A stretch of 64,000 bases of DNA from Eledone cirrhosa (GCA_964016885.1 OZ024741.1:296732001-296796000), one strand, 5' to 3'; numbered from the stretch's first letter, positions 1 to 13,100 are shown. Notes: a model not told the origin generated them from the sequence alone. Made by a program: numbers and translations.

Positions 1-220
1 TCTGTTCTGTTACTCTCGGGTCCCAAATAATGGGTGGGGGATCGGTAATTTTTCTAGGTTATCTCCGTTGATTAAAAAGAACAAACAGAATTAGTTTACA
101 CTAGCAGAATGGCTCGGCGTTGCTCGGGATTCTAAACATAGATTGGCATGTTTATCCCTCCTTTCTGAAATAGTACAGAGAAGTACGGAATACCTCAGCC
201 TGGGGATTGTGCTTATAAAA

Positions 221-940
221 ATAATTCGTCGTAGATTACCAGGGGTTTAACTTAATTGGGTACCTGAGAGTAAAATGTTCAACCCACGAAAACCAAGACG
301 ATAGGGTTAAGTAAAAAGGCATTCGACAAACCGAACATGTATTTGTTGTGGTATGGTACAATGAAAGCAATAGTTACAGAGCAGTAAGCATGTGGGACTG
401 CAGTGGTGGAGAGCATGAAGGAATTTAGTTGGACACTTTTAAGGTTACAGGCCCTAACGCAACCAAAATGCTAAACAATGCGGTCCCCGGGCAAAAATTT
501 GAAATCTTTTTCAGTCAAGAAAATTTGTGAAACATAGGTAATGCATATGCAAAGTTTAAAAAAAATCGGTTGGGTCCTTCTCGAGTTACAGGCCCTAACG
601 CAACCAAAATGCTTTTAAAAATCGGTTTTTCGCCTAATGCGGTCCCTGGGGCAAAAAATGAGAAAATCTTTTTTGCTCAAAATACTTTAAACGATATAAG
701 TAATGCAAATTCTGAAGAAATCGCCTGGATTATTGTTCCGTTATACCCCCAAAAAAGCCTTTAAAGCCTAAAATATGCGGTTTTTCGCCTAATGCGGTCC
801 CTAGGGCATTGAACATTTGAAATATTTTTTGCTCAAAACACTCACATGACCATAAGTATTACATGTGTAAAGTTTGGAAAAAATCGGTTGGGTTGTTAGT
901 GGGACAGACAGACAGACATTTTCTGTTTTAGATATATAGA
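221..940 (+). mobile_element. Helentron/HINE-like non-autonomous element with internal imperfect repeats
   Basis: Internal repeats (gttacaggccctaacgcaaccaaaatgct; aatgcggtccc). Ends in (ACAG)n followed by ...tttagatatataga, an end style typical of HINE/DINE-like elements. Family assignment is by resemblance only. Confidence 0.4.
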
Positions 941-1016
941 TATTGAGACCCCAACCCATCCTATTTATTTTATAACGTATGGGATTTCTTGTAATGTTCT
1001 TTTTTTATGTCATGTA

Positions 1017-1200
1017 TAATTGTTTCTACTTTTGGCACAAGGCCAGCAAATTACCCAGTGCATTACTGGTACTTTATTTTATCGACCCCGTAAGGATGAA
1101 AGGCAAAGTCAACCTCGGCGGGATTTGAACTCAGATCGTAAAAGGGACGTAACTATGCTGGAAAGCATGGCGTCCGACCCTCTACCGATACTGCCAATCC
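1017..1200 (-). mobile_element. tRNA-derived SINE, family A (complete copy)
   Basis: Minus strand has an A-box-like tggcagtatcggtag, a B-box gagttcaaatcc, a central domain gactttgcctttcatccttacggggtcgataaaataaagtaccag and a tail gtagaaacaattat. More than 15 copies occur in the window. Confidence 0.85.
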
Positions 1201-1616
1201 AAATGTCTTTTAATATCCAAAGAAAGTTAATTGTCGCAGGAATGCTACCACTTAAAAAAATATTTCGCCAGAGATAGATTATCAAAATTTAGTAAGCGGG
1301 AGAGAGGAGGGGGGGGGGGGGGTAATTCGAGATCTCGGAGTACTTATACTTTCCAGTTCACCGAATGTACCTGGCTATAGGGTGGGGCTTTATTAATATT
1401 TTGTTTTGTCCTGTTCTTTCTTTGTTTACTTATAAAGGTTCTCATATTGTTTAATATAACTAGAGGTAATATATATACAGGTAAATTAAACTTGTCTTGA
1501 TTACACCTGTAATATATATTACAGCTGTATTTTTTTATTATTAAAGGTAGAAAACTTGTTTTATCGTGAATGGTTATCGAGCTGAGTGGCTTCATTGTTC
1601 CCACCACTATCACCAC

Positions 1617-2135
1617 TACTATCTACCTACCCACATGTCTACCCACCTACCTACAAACCTACCCACATGTCTACCCACCTACCTACCTATCTACCTACAT
1701 ACCTACCTTCTACCCACATACCAACCTACTCACCTACATACCTATCTAACCACCTATCTACCCACCTACGTATCTACCCACCTACATATTTACTTACCTA
1801 CCTACCTATTTACCTACATGCCTACCTACCTACCAACCTACCTGCACACCCACCTATCTACCTACCTACCTATTTACCTACATGTCTACCTACCTACCTA
1901 CCAACCTACCTGCACACCCACCTACCTACCAACCTACCTGCACACCCACCTATCAACCTACCTACCTATTTACCTACATGTCTACCTACCTACCTAACTT
2001 ACCTTCCTACCCATTTACCTATCTAATCACCTATCCATCTACCTATCCACTTACATACCTACCCACATACTTATCTATCCACCTTCCTATCTACATACCT
2101 ACCAACCTATCTACCTACCCACACACCTACCTACT
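1617..2135. repeat. (ACCT)n-derived degenerate microsatellite
   Basis: Directly visible; explains the PTYL-type ORFs. Confidence 0.9.
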
Positions 2136-2309
2136 CACCGGGTTTAGGGGTGGGACAGTGCTAATTTATGTATGCTCAGCTATTTGCACGTTAATTTGCC
2201 ATGACGATTATTCCATTGATTGAACATTCATCATCGAAATCGACGGAGATCGATTGCAACTTTCATTTCTTTACCAAGTCTCAACAAATCAGCAAATACT
2301 AGATTGTTT

Positions 2310-2500
2310 AAAACAGTGTGGAGTGGCTACACCAGCGTGTCTCCCTCGCCTTCCTCCGGGGACAATGTCTTCTCCATCTTGTCGGCCGGGACATGAAGAG
2401 GGAGCCCCGCGAGGTCGGGTGACTGTTGCAGCGGGTGTCACTGGCCATCGCCCGGGGGAATGCTTTTGCCGTCTTGTCCGCGGAGCGCAGCACTCCTTCC
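2310..2500 (+). mobile_element. CRE-clade-like non-LTR retrotransposon C-terminal remnant (duplicated motif)
   Basis: Translates to EWLHQRVSLAFLRG and LQRVSLAIARGNAFAVL, matching the QRxSxAxxRGNA end of CRE-type restriction-like endonucleases. Confidence 0.55.
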
Positions 2501-2789
2501 CCTTGCCCTAGGCCCAATCACCATCCCCCTCACCCCCTCTCTTCTGTGATACCAGAGCTCTTGCCATCCCCTCCCTTTCTCGTTCTTATTCTTCTTTCTT
2601 TCTATCTTTTTTCTCTATATTTCCCAATTCTTTCTTTCCTTTTGTTTCCCCTTTTTTCTTCTTTTTTTCTTACTAAATAAGGTTTGTTGTTTTTGCTTTT
2701 GAATAAATTTGTTTCTAATATTAAAATTTATGGCGGTGGTATGAGGAATAGATTTACTTCGATAAGCATGATCAATAAGAAAGTGAAAA

Positions 2790-3085
2790 CATTTAATAGT
2801 AACTCTCTTCCTCTCCCTCCCTCAATATATCTAATTTACTCCCTTTCCCTTCCCTCCATATATATAACTTACTCTCTTCTCCATCTCTCAATATAACTAG
2901 CCCCCCCCCCCCCCTCTCTCAATATATGTACCTTACTCTCTTCACCCTCTCTGAATATATCTAATTCACTCTCTTCCTCTCTTAATATACATAATTTACT
3001 CTCTTCCTCCCTTCTCAATATATGTAACAGAAATTGTCTTACTCGCATGACGAAAATGGCAGCCCAGGTGAACCTGTTATACTAG
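2790..3085 (+). mobile_element. ~40-bp minisatellite followed by a possible Helitron 3' end
   Basis: Repeats of aatatat..aatttactctcttcc, then hairpin caggtgaacctg and CTAG at 3082-3085. Confidence 0.35.
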
Positions 3086-3397
3086 TATAAATACATCATT
3101 GACACAACAATATTAGCAGACGATAATGCCGCCATGTTTTTAATGAGTCAGAAACATCAACATCATATATTATATATTATGCCTTTCATCCTTACGGGGT
3201 CGATAAAATAAAGTACCAGTAATGCACTGGGTAATTGCTCGCCTTGTGCCAAAAGTAGAAACAATTATATATTATACTGGTTGTTCATTATATAATACAC
3301 TGTTTATTTCCTTCAATTAGATTATTATTTCTTTCGTTACTGTATGCATGTATGTGTGTGTGTATCTATGTATGTACGTATTTACGTACGTATGTAC

Positions 3398-3459
<62 letters not shown>

Positions 3460-3800
3460 TGTTAAGACAGAGTTACTATTACATAATGGTTTTATTGCAT
3501 AATATATATTTCAATGATATGCTTAGTAATCATATGTTCGCTCGCATCACACCACGATGGTAATACCTTATCAGCGGCGTATCTGCACACCAGCATAACT
3601 ACACCTCATAAGCGTATGAGAATCTGATGATGTTTTATGGAGACTGTCAATGATGTAACCAGTGAATGATTACTAACCATTTGATTGAAATATATATTAT
3701 GCAATAAAACAATTATGTAAAATTACTTTGTCTTAAAATTTCGTAAATGGAAACTCCGTCAAACTTAATCACCACCATTTCGCTGGGGATACACTCCTGG
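3460..3800. mobile_element. (TA)n-flanked fold-back element
   Basis: Imperfect inverted arms ~3462-3532 and ~3667-3737, lying between two TA tracts. Confidence 0.55.
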
Positions 3801-3809
3801 CGTGTAGTG

Positions 3810-3867
<58 letters not shown>

Positions 3868-3871
<4 letters not shown>

Positions 3872-4433
3872 TTAGCGAGAATCGCATTTCTGCGGGTAGA
3901 AATTAGCGAAACGCAACTTCCGTATTGTGCAGACAAGCGCTCCATGGATATGAAGATACCAGAGCTAGAAACATAAGTTAAAATGGTCATACAAACTGAG
4001 ACGATGGTTAAGAAGCCATTAACCACCTGATCCAAAAAAAGCGAACAAGCTAAACGGGTCAAACAAAATAAGATATGATTGAAATAGTTACCCGGACCCT
4101 CGGGGAAGATGGAATACTCCGATATTGGGTTTCTGCAACATCTAAATCAATAATATTGTCTGCTTATAAAAAATAAGCTTTTGGTATAATGATCGAACAA
4201 GGCATCGCTTTCTGAACAGGCATTTTGTTCTTCGTGTGCCAGAATCTCACAGGTTATGAAAGCACATGTGAGGTTCTCAGGGGAGAAAACCCCTATTTTG
4301 CCCAGTGAATTCAGCATGTGTAGTTATTGCAAACATTTGCAAAAACAGCACAAAACGAATTAAGCTTTCGACCGAGTTGTTTTTAAAATAAACTTAAGCG
4401 ATTAATCAGTCAATAGAATTAACTAAAAAGACC

Positions 4434-4464
<31 letters not shown>

Positions 4465-4724
4465 ATTAACTGGTTAATCGCTTGACTTGGGAGAAATATA
4501 TATATAAATTGAGCGAGAATCGCATTTCGGCGGGTAGAAATTAGCGAAACGCAACTTCCGTATTGTGTAGACAAGCGCTCTTTGGATATGAAGATACCAG
4601 AGCTAGAAACATAAGTTAAAATGGTCATACACTCTGAGACGATGGTTAAGAAGCCATTAACCACCTTAGCCAAAAAAGCGAACAAGCTAAACGGGCCAAA
4701 CAAAATAAGATATGATTGAAATAC

Positions 4725-4725
<1 letters not shown>
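3868..4725. mobile_element. (TA)n-anchored repeat family, two copies (3868-~4420 and ~4505-4725)
   Basis: Shared start aaatt.agcgagaatcgcatttc.gcgggtagaaattagcgaaacgcaac directly after TA tracts. Further copies at ~11820 and 35561-36250. Confidence 0.7.
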
Positions 4726-4776
<51 letters not shown>

Positions 4777-4787
4777 TTGTGTGTGCG

Positions 4788-4818
<31 letters not shown>

Positions 4819-5080
4819 GTATGTTTCTGTGTGTGTGTTTGTATTTATGTATGTGTTTTTATACCAATTGTAATTCCAACCCCAACGATGAGAATAGGAA
4901 TACAGGAACAGGCGATACATATATGTCTGTGTGGACCTCTCTCTCTCTCTCCCTCTCTCACACTTCCCCTCTCTCTCTCACCCCCTCTCTCTCTCTATAT
5001 ATATATAAAATGTATATATCCTTCTTTCAAGAATACTAGCCAATGTTGAACTTTTCTATGTAGCCAGTAAAATCTCTCTC

Positions 5081-5118
<38 letters not shown>

Positions 5119-5199
5119 TCACTTAATAACAGAAAAACAACAACAGGGTGAAGTTTAAGAGGTTTTTCTCAACCTCATCTCAATTAAATTAGTCATTTC

Positions 5200-5676
5200 C
5201 TGTATAGCCACACGCCAGTATAGTTCTACTGTATAGCCACACGTCACTATAGTTCTACTGTATAACCACTCACTTTTATAGTTCTACTGTATAGCCACAC
5301 ATCAGTATAGTTCTACTGTATAGCCACTCACCTTTATAGTTCTACTGTATAGCCACACACCTATATAGTTCTACTGTATAGCCACACGTCAGTATAGTTC
5401 TACTGTATAGCCACACACCTATATAGTTCTACTGTATAGCCACACACCTATATAGTTCTAATGTACAGCCTCACGTCAGTATAGTTCTACTGTATAGCAA
5501 CACGTCAGTATAGTTCTACTGTATAGCCACACACCTATATAGTTCTACTGTATAGCCACTCACCTATATAGTTCTACTGTATAGCCACACACCTATATTG
5601 TTCTACTATATAGCCACACACCTATATTGTTCTACTATATAGCCACACACCTATATTGTTCTACTGTATAACCACA

Positions 5677-5680
<4 letters not shown>
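5200..5680. repeat. 29-bp minisatellite (~16 units)
   Basis: Unit atagttctactgtatagccacacacctat. Confidence 0.9.
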
Positions 5681-5760
<80 letters not shown>

Positions 5761-5761
<1 letters not shown>

Positions 5762-6122
5762 CCATACAGGAAACCAAACGACAACCTGCACTACATCCAC
5801 CGCCGCTCTAACCAGCCTAGAAACACCACCAAAAACCTGGTTAAAAACATCTCCCTCCGCATATCTCGTTTGTCCGCTAATGAGCAGATATTCGATGAAC
5901 ATGCGCCTTATTACAATCAGGCCCTCAAGCGAAGCGGCTTTAGGGAGGAAATCCCCTTTTATCCAGCTTCCCTTAGCGGAACCAGCAGGCGACGCCGCCG
6001 CTCGCGCCACGTAACGTGGTTCAACCCTCCCCACAATGCCGAGATTGCAACACCAATCGGGAAAATCTTCTTTAGGCTCCTCAAAAACACTTCCCAAGAC
6101 AACACCCCTACCACAACATTCT
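5761..6122 (+). pseudogene. Penelope-like element RT thumb/linker fragment
   Basis: KPNDNLHYIHRRSNQP...RISRLSANEQIF...RHVTWFNPP, homologous to the same region of the PLE at 7248-9968. Confidence 0.85.
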
Positions 6123-6669
6123 TATAGAATTCTAGTAATAATCAGGAACTGATTATACAGAGCGGTTGCCGGTCAAGCAGAAATTGAAAATTAGAATTGG
6201 TGCTCTGAAACAGCAATATATATATGAATGTATATATAGTATATTTTGCAATAGTAAGGTCTTCAAAATGCTTTTAATTAAGCATACAGTGTATTGAAAA
6301 ATACACTATATATAGATTCATATATATATCGCTATTTCAGAGCACCAATTCTAATTTTCAATTTCTGCTTGACCGGCAACCGCTCTGTGTAATCTGATTA
6401 TTACTAGAATTCTATAAGAATCAAACATTCATGATTTTCAGCAAACAGGTGGAGTACTTAGCTTTGATAAGTACCAAATAGTCGAAACAGAGCTCTGTCA
6501 GCTTTATCTCCCCCTGTTTGCTGAAAATTTAAAGTAAGTGAGACTGTCACTACTCTAAAACAATAGCGTAAGGTCTTCGAAATGCTTTTAATTAAGCATA
6601 CAGTGTATTGCAAAATACACTATATATACATTCATATATATATCGCTATTTCAGAGCACCAATTCTAAT
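6121..6669 (+). mobile_element. 314-bp tandem retrozyme-like/pLTR element with 5' inverted segment
   Basis: Direct repeat starting 6255 and 6569 (period 314). Segment 6121-6252 is an inverted copy of ~6290-6420. Ends in a TA tract. Confidence 0.8.
6435..6528 (+). ncRNA. Hammerhead-like ribozyme (variant core UUGAUAA)
   Basis: agct-TTGATAA-gtaccaaatagtc-GAAAC-agagctct-GTC-agct. Palindromic stem III (ACAGAGCTCTGT) and 15-bp distal stem ttttcagcaaacagg/cctgtttgctgaaaa. Confidence 0.6.
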
Positions 6670-6695
6670 ATATATATATATATATATACATACAC

Positions 6696-6786
<91 letters not shown>

Positions 6787-6821
6787 TATACATATATATA
6801 TATACACACACACACAGACAA

Positions 6822-6854
<33 letters not shown>

Positions 6855-6892
6855 CATATACATGTAAATATACACATACAAAATACATAAAT

Positions 6893-6932
<40 letters not shown>

Positions 6933-7252
6933 TTTACGTATCGAGAAAGAGGAAAAAAAGGGGGGGATAGGTGATACATATAGTTATTTGCCAAGTAGCG
7001 TATGCCAAAGGTGCTCGATACTAGTGCCGGCAGTATTAAATATTCGAAGTGTTAATATTTAGTGGGCTAGAGAGTTAGCAGAGCGTAAGCACGTGGGAGA
7101 GTAAAAAAATCGGAGAATAGACCGTTAAAACATGTTTATTTAAAACAGCACCAACGTACGTTTCGCCCAGTTGGGCTTCTCAAGGGCATAAATAATCACA
7201 AGTTTTCCTTATATTGCTCGGAAAGTGTTTTTGGGGTTAAATCCACAGCCGT

Positions 7253-9968
7253 TACCCATGTCTCAAGTGTATCCCCTTACCCTGCAGAAAAACCTACCTT
7301 AAACTGCTTATAGACGCTACTAATTCGTTTATACGGAGAGTCAGATGGAAGGCCTACCACCTGGATAAGAACACCCGTAACCTTCCTGAACCCAAAGAGA
7401 AGCATGGCTTCAAAACATACAGAAACCCACCGCACAACACCTTACTGGACTCCTTTGAAGAGGACCTGCTGAAAATGATCAAAAACGTTAAGCTCAGAAA
7501 GAAACACCAATGCAGCAATCCATTCTTAACGTCCCTTGATACACTAATAACTAAGATCAAGAATGACCCGCACCTCTTCGTCACCTCCGACAAAACCAAA
7601 AAGCTGTACAAGTTGGACGCGAGTGAGTATAAAAAATTCATCTGTAAGGAACTACACAAAGACTACAAAAAGACACCCTCTAGTATCCTAAATGACATAA
7701 ATAGAGTAGGGAAGGATATAGTCACCCGCTTAGAAATAGAAAAGTACACTAACCCGTACGTCCCTCTGACGCCTAAATTCTCTCTTAAGGATCACAAATA
7801 TGACTTTAATGAAAGCCCCTCTATTAGACTAATATGCCCCTCTACATCAGATATAGGTAAGATTAGTAAAGTGATCCTCGACAGAGTACTACTGGAGCTT
7901 AATAGAAAGGCTAAGGTCTGCCTCTGGGGCAACACCGACTAGGTCATAATTGGTTCACCGAGCTGCCGGATAAAGCCACCCTGAAATTCATCCAGTTTGA
8001 TATAGATAGTTACTACGCCTCTATCTCCCCCATACTCTTAAATAAGGCACTTATCTTAGCTAGATCTAACACTAGCCTCACTAAAAAAGAAATAGACATA
8101 ATTCTAGCGGCACGTAGAACCATTATCCAGTTCGAAGGCTCCCACTGGACCAGAACCAACCGTCCTGATAACTTCAATGTCTCGATGGGGTCCAGTGACT
8201 CAGCGCAAGCAACTGACCTGGTCGGGATATACCTCCTACATAAGCTTAGGGAAGAAATACCGGCCCTACAAGGAGGTGTATATAGGGACGACGCCCTGTT
8301 TACCGTTAGGAACCATAGCCCCCGTAGGATAGAGAACCTTAACAAACATATACACAGGTTCTTTAAGTCATACGGCCTATCCGTAACTATGGACCTCAAC
8401 CACAGGGTTGTCAACTTCCTGGACGTGACCCTGGAGTTGAGTACGGGCTTATACAAGCCATACCATAAGCCTGGAGAGTGCCTCTCTTATATTAATTATG
8501 CCTCCAACCACCCTAAGCAGACTCTCAACTCCATAGTCTATAGTATCTCACATAGAATCTCGAGGCTATCTGCCAATGAGGATATCTTCAACCAAGCGGC
8601 AGATTACTACAATAGGGCCCTGATAAGCGCCGGCTTTAACCGAGGAATTTCCTACATCCCTAACGCTAGCTCTAGAAACCACCCCCCTCATAAAACTAAC
8701 GTTATAGTAAGCCATACCTATAACCGATCACGCGGCGACCTCGTTGAAGTCGGATATAATAGAATAGATAACCGCACCAAAGATCACATCCCCGGCGACG
8801 GTGAACACTGTAGATTACTCAAACTATTCCCCTATTACAAAACCAACAAAGGCGACGGCCTACTACCAACGCCTTCCAACCAACATCTTCGTGTACATAA
8901 ACATGGAAGAGGTAGAAAGAGTGAACCCGAGTGTAAAGTGAAAGGGGCACCGAACGGGCGACTGCGCATTAACACACATAAGAGCGGTCACTTAGATGGA
9001 ACCACCCGTAGCAAAAGTACAAGGACACGTAATCGCCACCGTAACGTCCTATGGTTCCACCCCCCCCCCCCTACTCTCGGAGTGTGGCCTCCAACATACC
9101 CCGGATGTTCTTCGAAGCCTTAGAGAAGAACTTCCCGCCCAACCATAGGTATAGAAAAATTCTTAATAGGAACAATATAAAAATATCCTTCTCTACTACT
9201 CCTAACCTAGCAGACATCATAGGAACAACGAACCACAGTAAGATCACCAAGACACAGCACCTCGACACAGACGCACCTACACCTGACAATAACTATATCG
9301 GCCTTAACAACTCCCTGGCAGCATCCAATAGGGTTGGCAACGGCATCCGCAGACGCAACGAGAATAACCGCGAAATGACTGGGGAACATGCAGAACATGA
9401 CGTGCGGAATAACAATCGCACCACCCCGCGTGCTGTGGGTTGTAATTGTGCTAACGACAGCTGCGGTAGCATAGGTAACAACGTAGGCAGCAACGATGAT
9501 AGCTTTACCGTGGGAAATAGACGGAACCGCGACAGAAATTGCAACTGCCGCGACAGAGGACGCTGCCCCCTTAGAGGATACTGCTTGACTGATAGAGTTA
9601 TATATAGATGCACTATTACTAGCCACAATAGCGTTAAACATTATATAGGGGCCACCTCCGGCCCGTTCAAAATTAGGTTTCGAACACATCTCCACTCTTT
9701 CACAAATAGAAAACTAAGGCACTCCACTTCGCTCGCGGACTACATCACATCACTAAAGGACTTAAACATCAGCTTCTCCACGCACTGGGAGATTGTCGGC
9801 AGGGCTGCACCGTACAACTTCAAGAGGAAATGCGATCTTTGCCTCATGGAGCTCTACCATATCATAACTGCACCCCACGAGCTCATCAACAGCAGAGCTG
9901 AAACAGCGATAAGTTGTACACATCGCTTAAAAATATCCTTCTTCAGATGGGTTAAGGATGAAGAGTGA
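7253..9968 (+). pseudogene. PLE reverse transcriptase + C-terminal GIY-YIG endonuclease (Naiad-like motifs); one TAG at 7940 and frameshifts near 7950 and in the C12 tract at 9060-9071
   Basis: IRRVRWKA, QFDIDSYYASI, MGSSDSA, YRDD, FLDV, YHKP, SNHP, WFHPP, CNC-x5-CPLxGxC, VIY...YIG, FKIR..H..SF, CDLC, LINSRAE..CTH. Confidence 0.92.
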
Positions 9969-10261
9969 AACAGTACACTGGATCTCCCTGCAACAAGTCT
10001 TAACACCCCGGCGGGCAGGCGCTGCAAAATAACACCCAGGAAACAATCCTTGCATACCAGACCCAGCCTCAGACAAACGGATGCGGCAAAAAAAAAAAAA
10101 AAAAAAATTGTCCGGGAAAGACTGCCCTAACACCGGCCAGAGTTACCTCCCTTGACCTGCTGCAAAATCAAACAAGATATTTTTGCGAGCAATGAACCTT
10201 GATGTGGATTTAACCCCCAAAACTCTTTCCGAGCAATATAAGGAAAACTTGTGATTATTTA

Positions 10262-10302
10262 TGCCCTTGAGAAGCCCAACTGGGCGAAACGTACGTAGGT
10301 GC
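10262..10302 (+). ncRNA. Minimal hammerhead-like motif in PLE pLTR (mirror copy ~7148-7187, minus)
   Basis: cc-TTGAGAA-gccc aact gggc-GAAAC-gtac-GTA-gg. Palindromic stem III, followed by AATAAA; non-canonical 5' core. Confidence 0.6.
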
Positions 10303-10356
10303 TGTTTTAAATAAACATGTTTTAACGGTCTATTCTCCGATTTTTTACTTTCCCAC

Positions 10357-10412
<56 letters not shown>

Positions 10413-10419
<7 letters not shown>

Positions 10420-11161
10420 ATCGGAGAAAGGTTTTTAGCGATACTCCGGCCAAATTCCAACTCACTCAACAAACATTAGGAAATAAGTGATTATATTCCC
10501 AATTATGTGTTCGGGGTGCTAACTAAAAGTATTGCGTGGAAAATTGGCTGTATTATTTCAAATGAGACATATCTAATATATCTCTTCCCAGACGGACGTC
10601 TCGTTTCATTATAGGATTCCTACAATTTGGGTGAAATTATACCAATTTATGTAGGAGCTTGTATACCATCAATAGATATATATTCAAGTGGGTTCCTATA
10701 ATTCATCAGTGGGTGCCCCAATAATACTAATATTGATAATCTAACCAACATCAGCATTTAGCGATAATCACTTTCTGTGCCTGAGGTATCTGTCAGGTTG
10801 CCAGTCCAGCAGTTCTGAAAGAAGTGCTCGAACTGATTCAAAAAATGAGGAAGTGAATTACCGCCAAAAAAAAAACAATACATGTGCGTGACAATGAACT
10901 CTGAAAGGAATTCAGGCCACGTGCTAAGAACTCAATTGGAAATTGAAAAAATATCTATGTGTGTACAACATTTGATGACACAGATATTTTCTCGGGCAAA
11001 ATAACAGAATGAGATATAAGGAACAATCAATATTCATATATAAAAAATAAACAAAGAGATGCTAACCTTATACCGGGAATTTTTTTCAAATCTGCTGCGC
11101 CAAGAGTAAGTAAATAAATACAATATCGGAGAAAGCTTTTTAGCGATACTCCGGCCAAATT

Positions 11162-11165
<4 letters not shown>
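10413..11165 (-). mobile_element. Non-coding pLTR-type element with ~48-bp terminal direct repeats between TA tracts
   Basis: atacaatatcggagaaag.tttttagcgatactccggccaaattcca at both ends; contains an HHR. Confidence 0.7.
10587..10713 (-). ncRNA. Hammerhead ribozyme, canonical core, expanded stem II
   Basis: Minus: ccca-CTGATGA-attatagga...tcctataat-GAAAC-gagacgtcc-GTC-tggg. Confidence 0.75.
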
Positions 11166-11221
<56 letters not shown>

Positions 11222-11292
11222 TATATATATAAAATATATATATATATAAAAAATATATATATATATATATATAAAATATATATATATATAAA

Positions 11293-11326
<34 letters not shown>

Positions 11327-11354
11327 TATATATATATATATATAAAATATATAT

Positions 11355-11435
<81 letters not shown>

Positions 11436-11442
11436 TACATAT

Positions 11443-11489
<47 letters not shown>

Positions 11490-11496
11490 TACATAT

Positions 11497-11565
<69 letters not shown>

Positions 11566-11729
11566 TATATATAAAATATATATATATATATAAAATATAT
11601 ATATATATATATAAAATATATACGATATTAATTAATTAATATCGTATATCCACTCCAAATACTTGTCGAGTGCTTTATATCAGTTATAAAAATATTTACT
11701 TGTATCCCAACAATTTTAAATAGAACTTT

Positions 11730-11774
<45 letters not shown>

Positions 11775-12654
11775 TATATATATATATATATAATACACAC
11801 ACATATATATATATAGATATAAATTCACCGAGAATCGCATTTCGGCGGGTAGAAAAAGCGAAACGCAACGCAAATTCCGTGTCATGCTGGCTTCGATTCT
11901 TCGTAGCGGAAGCTGTTAAACATCTTTCCGTCTCTAAGGGTGTTTATCAGATTTTTATAAGCTATTTTATAACAACTGTCTGTAATTGAAGTTATTTTCT
12001 GCACTTGGGCCTCTTATAGATTAATTTTTTCAGCACTTCGTGAGTTCGAAAGTTCGAACTTCACACACAACATTCGTGTATTTACACACACACACGCACT
12101 GACACACGCGCGCGCGCGCACGTACGTATGTATGTATGCTTGTATGTATGTATGTATATATGTGCGTGCGTGTGTGTCTGTGTGTTTAGCGAAATTGACA
12201 GCGTACATTGTTTTTGGTTAAATGACCTTGGTTAATTAAACTATGGATGTTTTCCATTGAGATAACTAAGTCAAATAACACACCTATATACAGTTAGTGG
12301 GCGCGGTGTGGGAGGTCTATCTCAGACAGCCATTCTCTACCTGGTGGGTGCGGGGGAGGGGGGTCTATCTCAGACCGTTACTCAGACACCCATTTTCTAC
12401 CTGGTGGGCGCGGAGGGGGGGGGGGGGGGGTCTGTCTCAGATCGTCACTCACCCATTCTCTACTGCTAGCCTTTGCCACTGACAAGACCAGCCATACCAA
12501 ACACATTGACATTTAATTAATTATCAATTTCAATTTCCTGCATTCATTTCATAATTCCAAACAACTGAAGGCAACACATTCAAATACTCTTTTACGAAAA
12601 ACATCCTTTGTATTATCTCAAGCCTTTCTCCTTGTTTTATCATTATTCGCGTGA

Positions 12655-13100
12655 TCTCAAAGTTTTTCATGCATTAAGGGCCCAAACACTTGCTTGAGGT
12701 GGATTTCTCAAAGTTTTTTTTATGTCTTAAGGACCGAAGCACTTGCTTGAAGTGGATTTCTGAAAGTTTTTTTTTATGTCTTAAGGGCAGAAACACTTGC
12801 TTGGGTGGATTTCTCAAAGTTTTTCATATCTTAAAGACCAAAACACTTGCTTGAGGTGGATTTCTCAAAGTTTTTTTTATGTCTTAAGGACCGAAGCACT
12901 TGCTTGAAGTGGATTTCTGAAAGTTTTTTTTTATGTCTTAAGGGCAGAAACACTTGCTTGGGTGGATTTCTCAAAGTTTTTCATATCTTAAAGACCAAAA
13001 CACTTGCTTGAGGTGGATTTCTCAAAGTTTTTTTTATGTCTTAAGGGTCGAAACATTTGCTTGGGATGGGTTTCTCAAAGTTTTTCATGTCTTAAGGGCC
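12655..13100. repeat. ~50-bp minisatellite with a ~157-bp three-unit higher-order repeat
   Basis: Unit gtggatttctcaaag(t)n atgtcttaagg...cacttgctt; the trimer recurs at 12696 and 12853. Confidence 0.85.

Larger units (their letters stand above)
6929..10358 (+). mobile_element. Penelope-like retroelement, near full length, with inverted pseudo-LTRs, inserted in (TA)n
   Basis: Inverted repeats 7091-7247 / 10203-10358 flank an RT+GIY-YIG coding region, with TA tracts on both sides. Confidence 0.92.

Noticed and set aside
3620-3656. CTGATGA...GAGACTGTC hammerhead
   Set aside because: GAAA box is broken and stems are weak; not counted.
7253-10200. Selenoprotein/SECIS in the Naiad-like PLE
   Set aside because: The internal stop is TAG, not TGA, and I could not see a SECIS with correct spacing; SECISearch would settle it.
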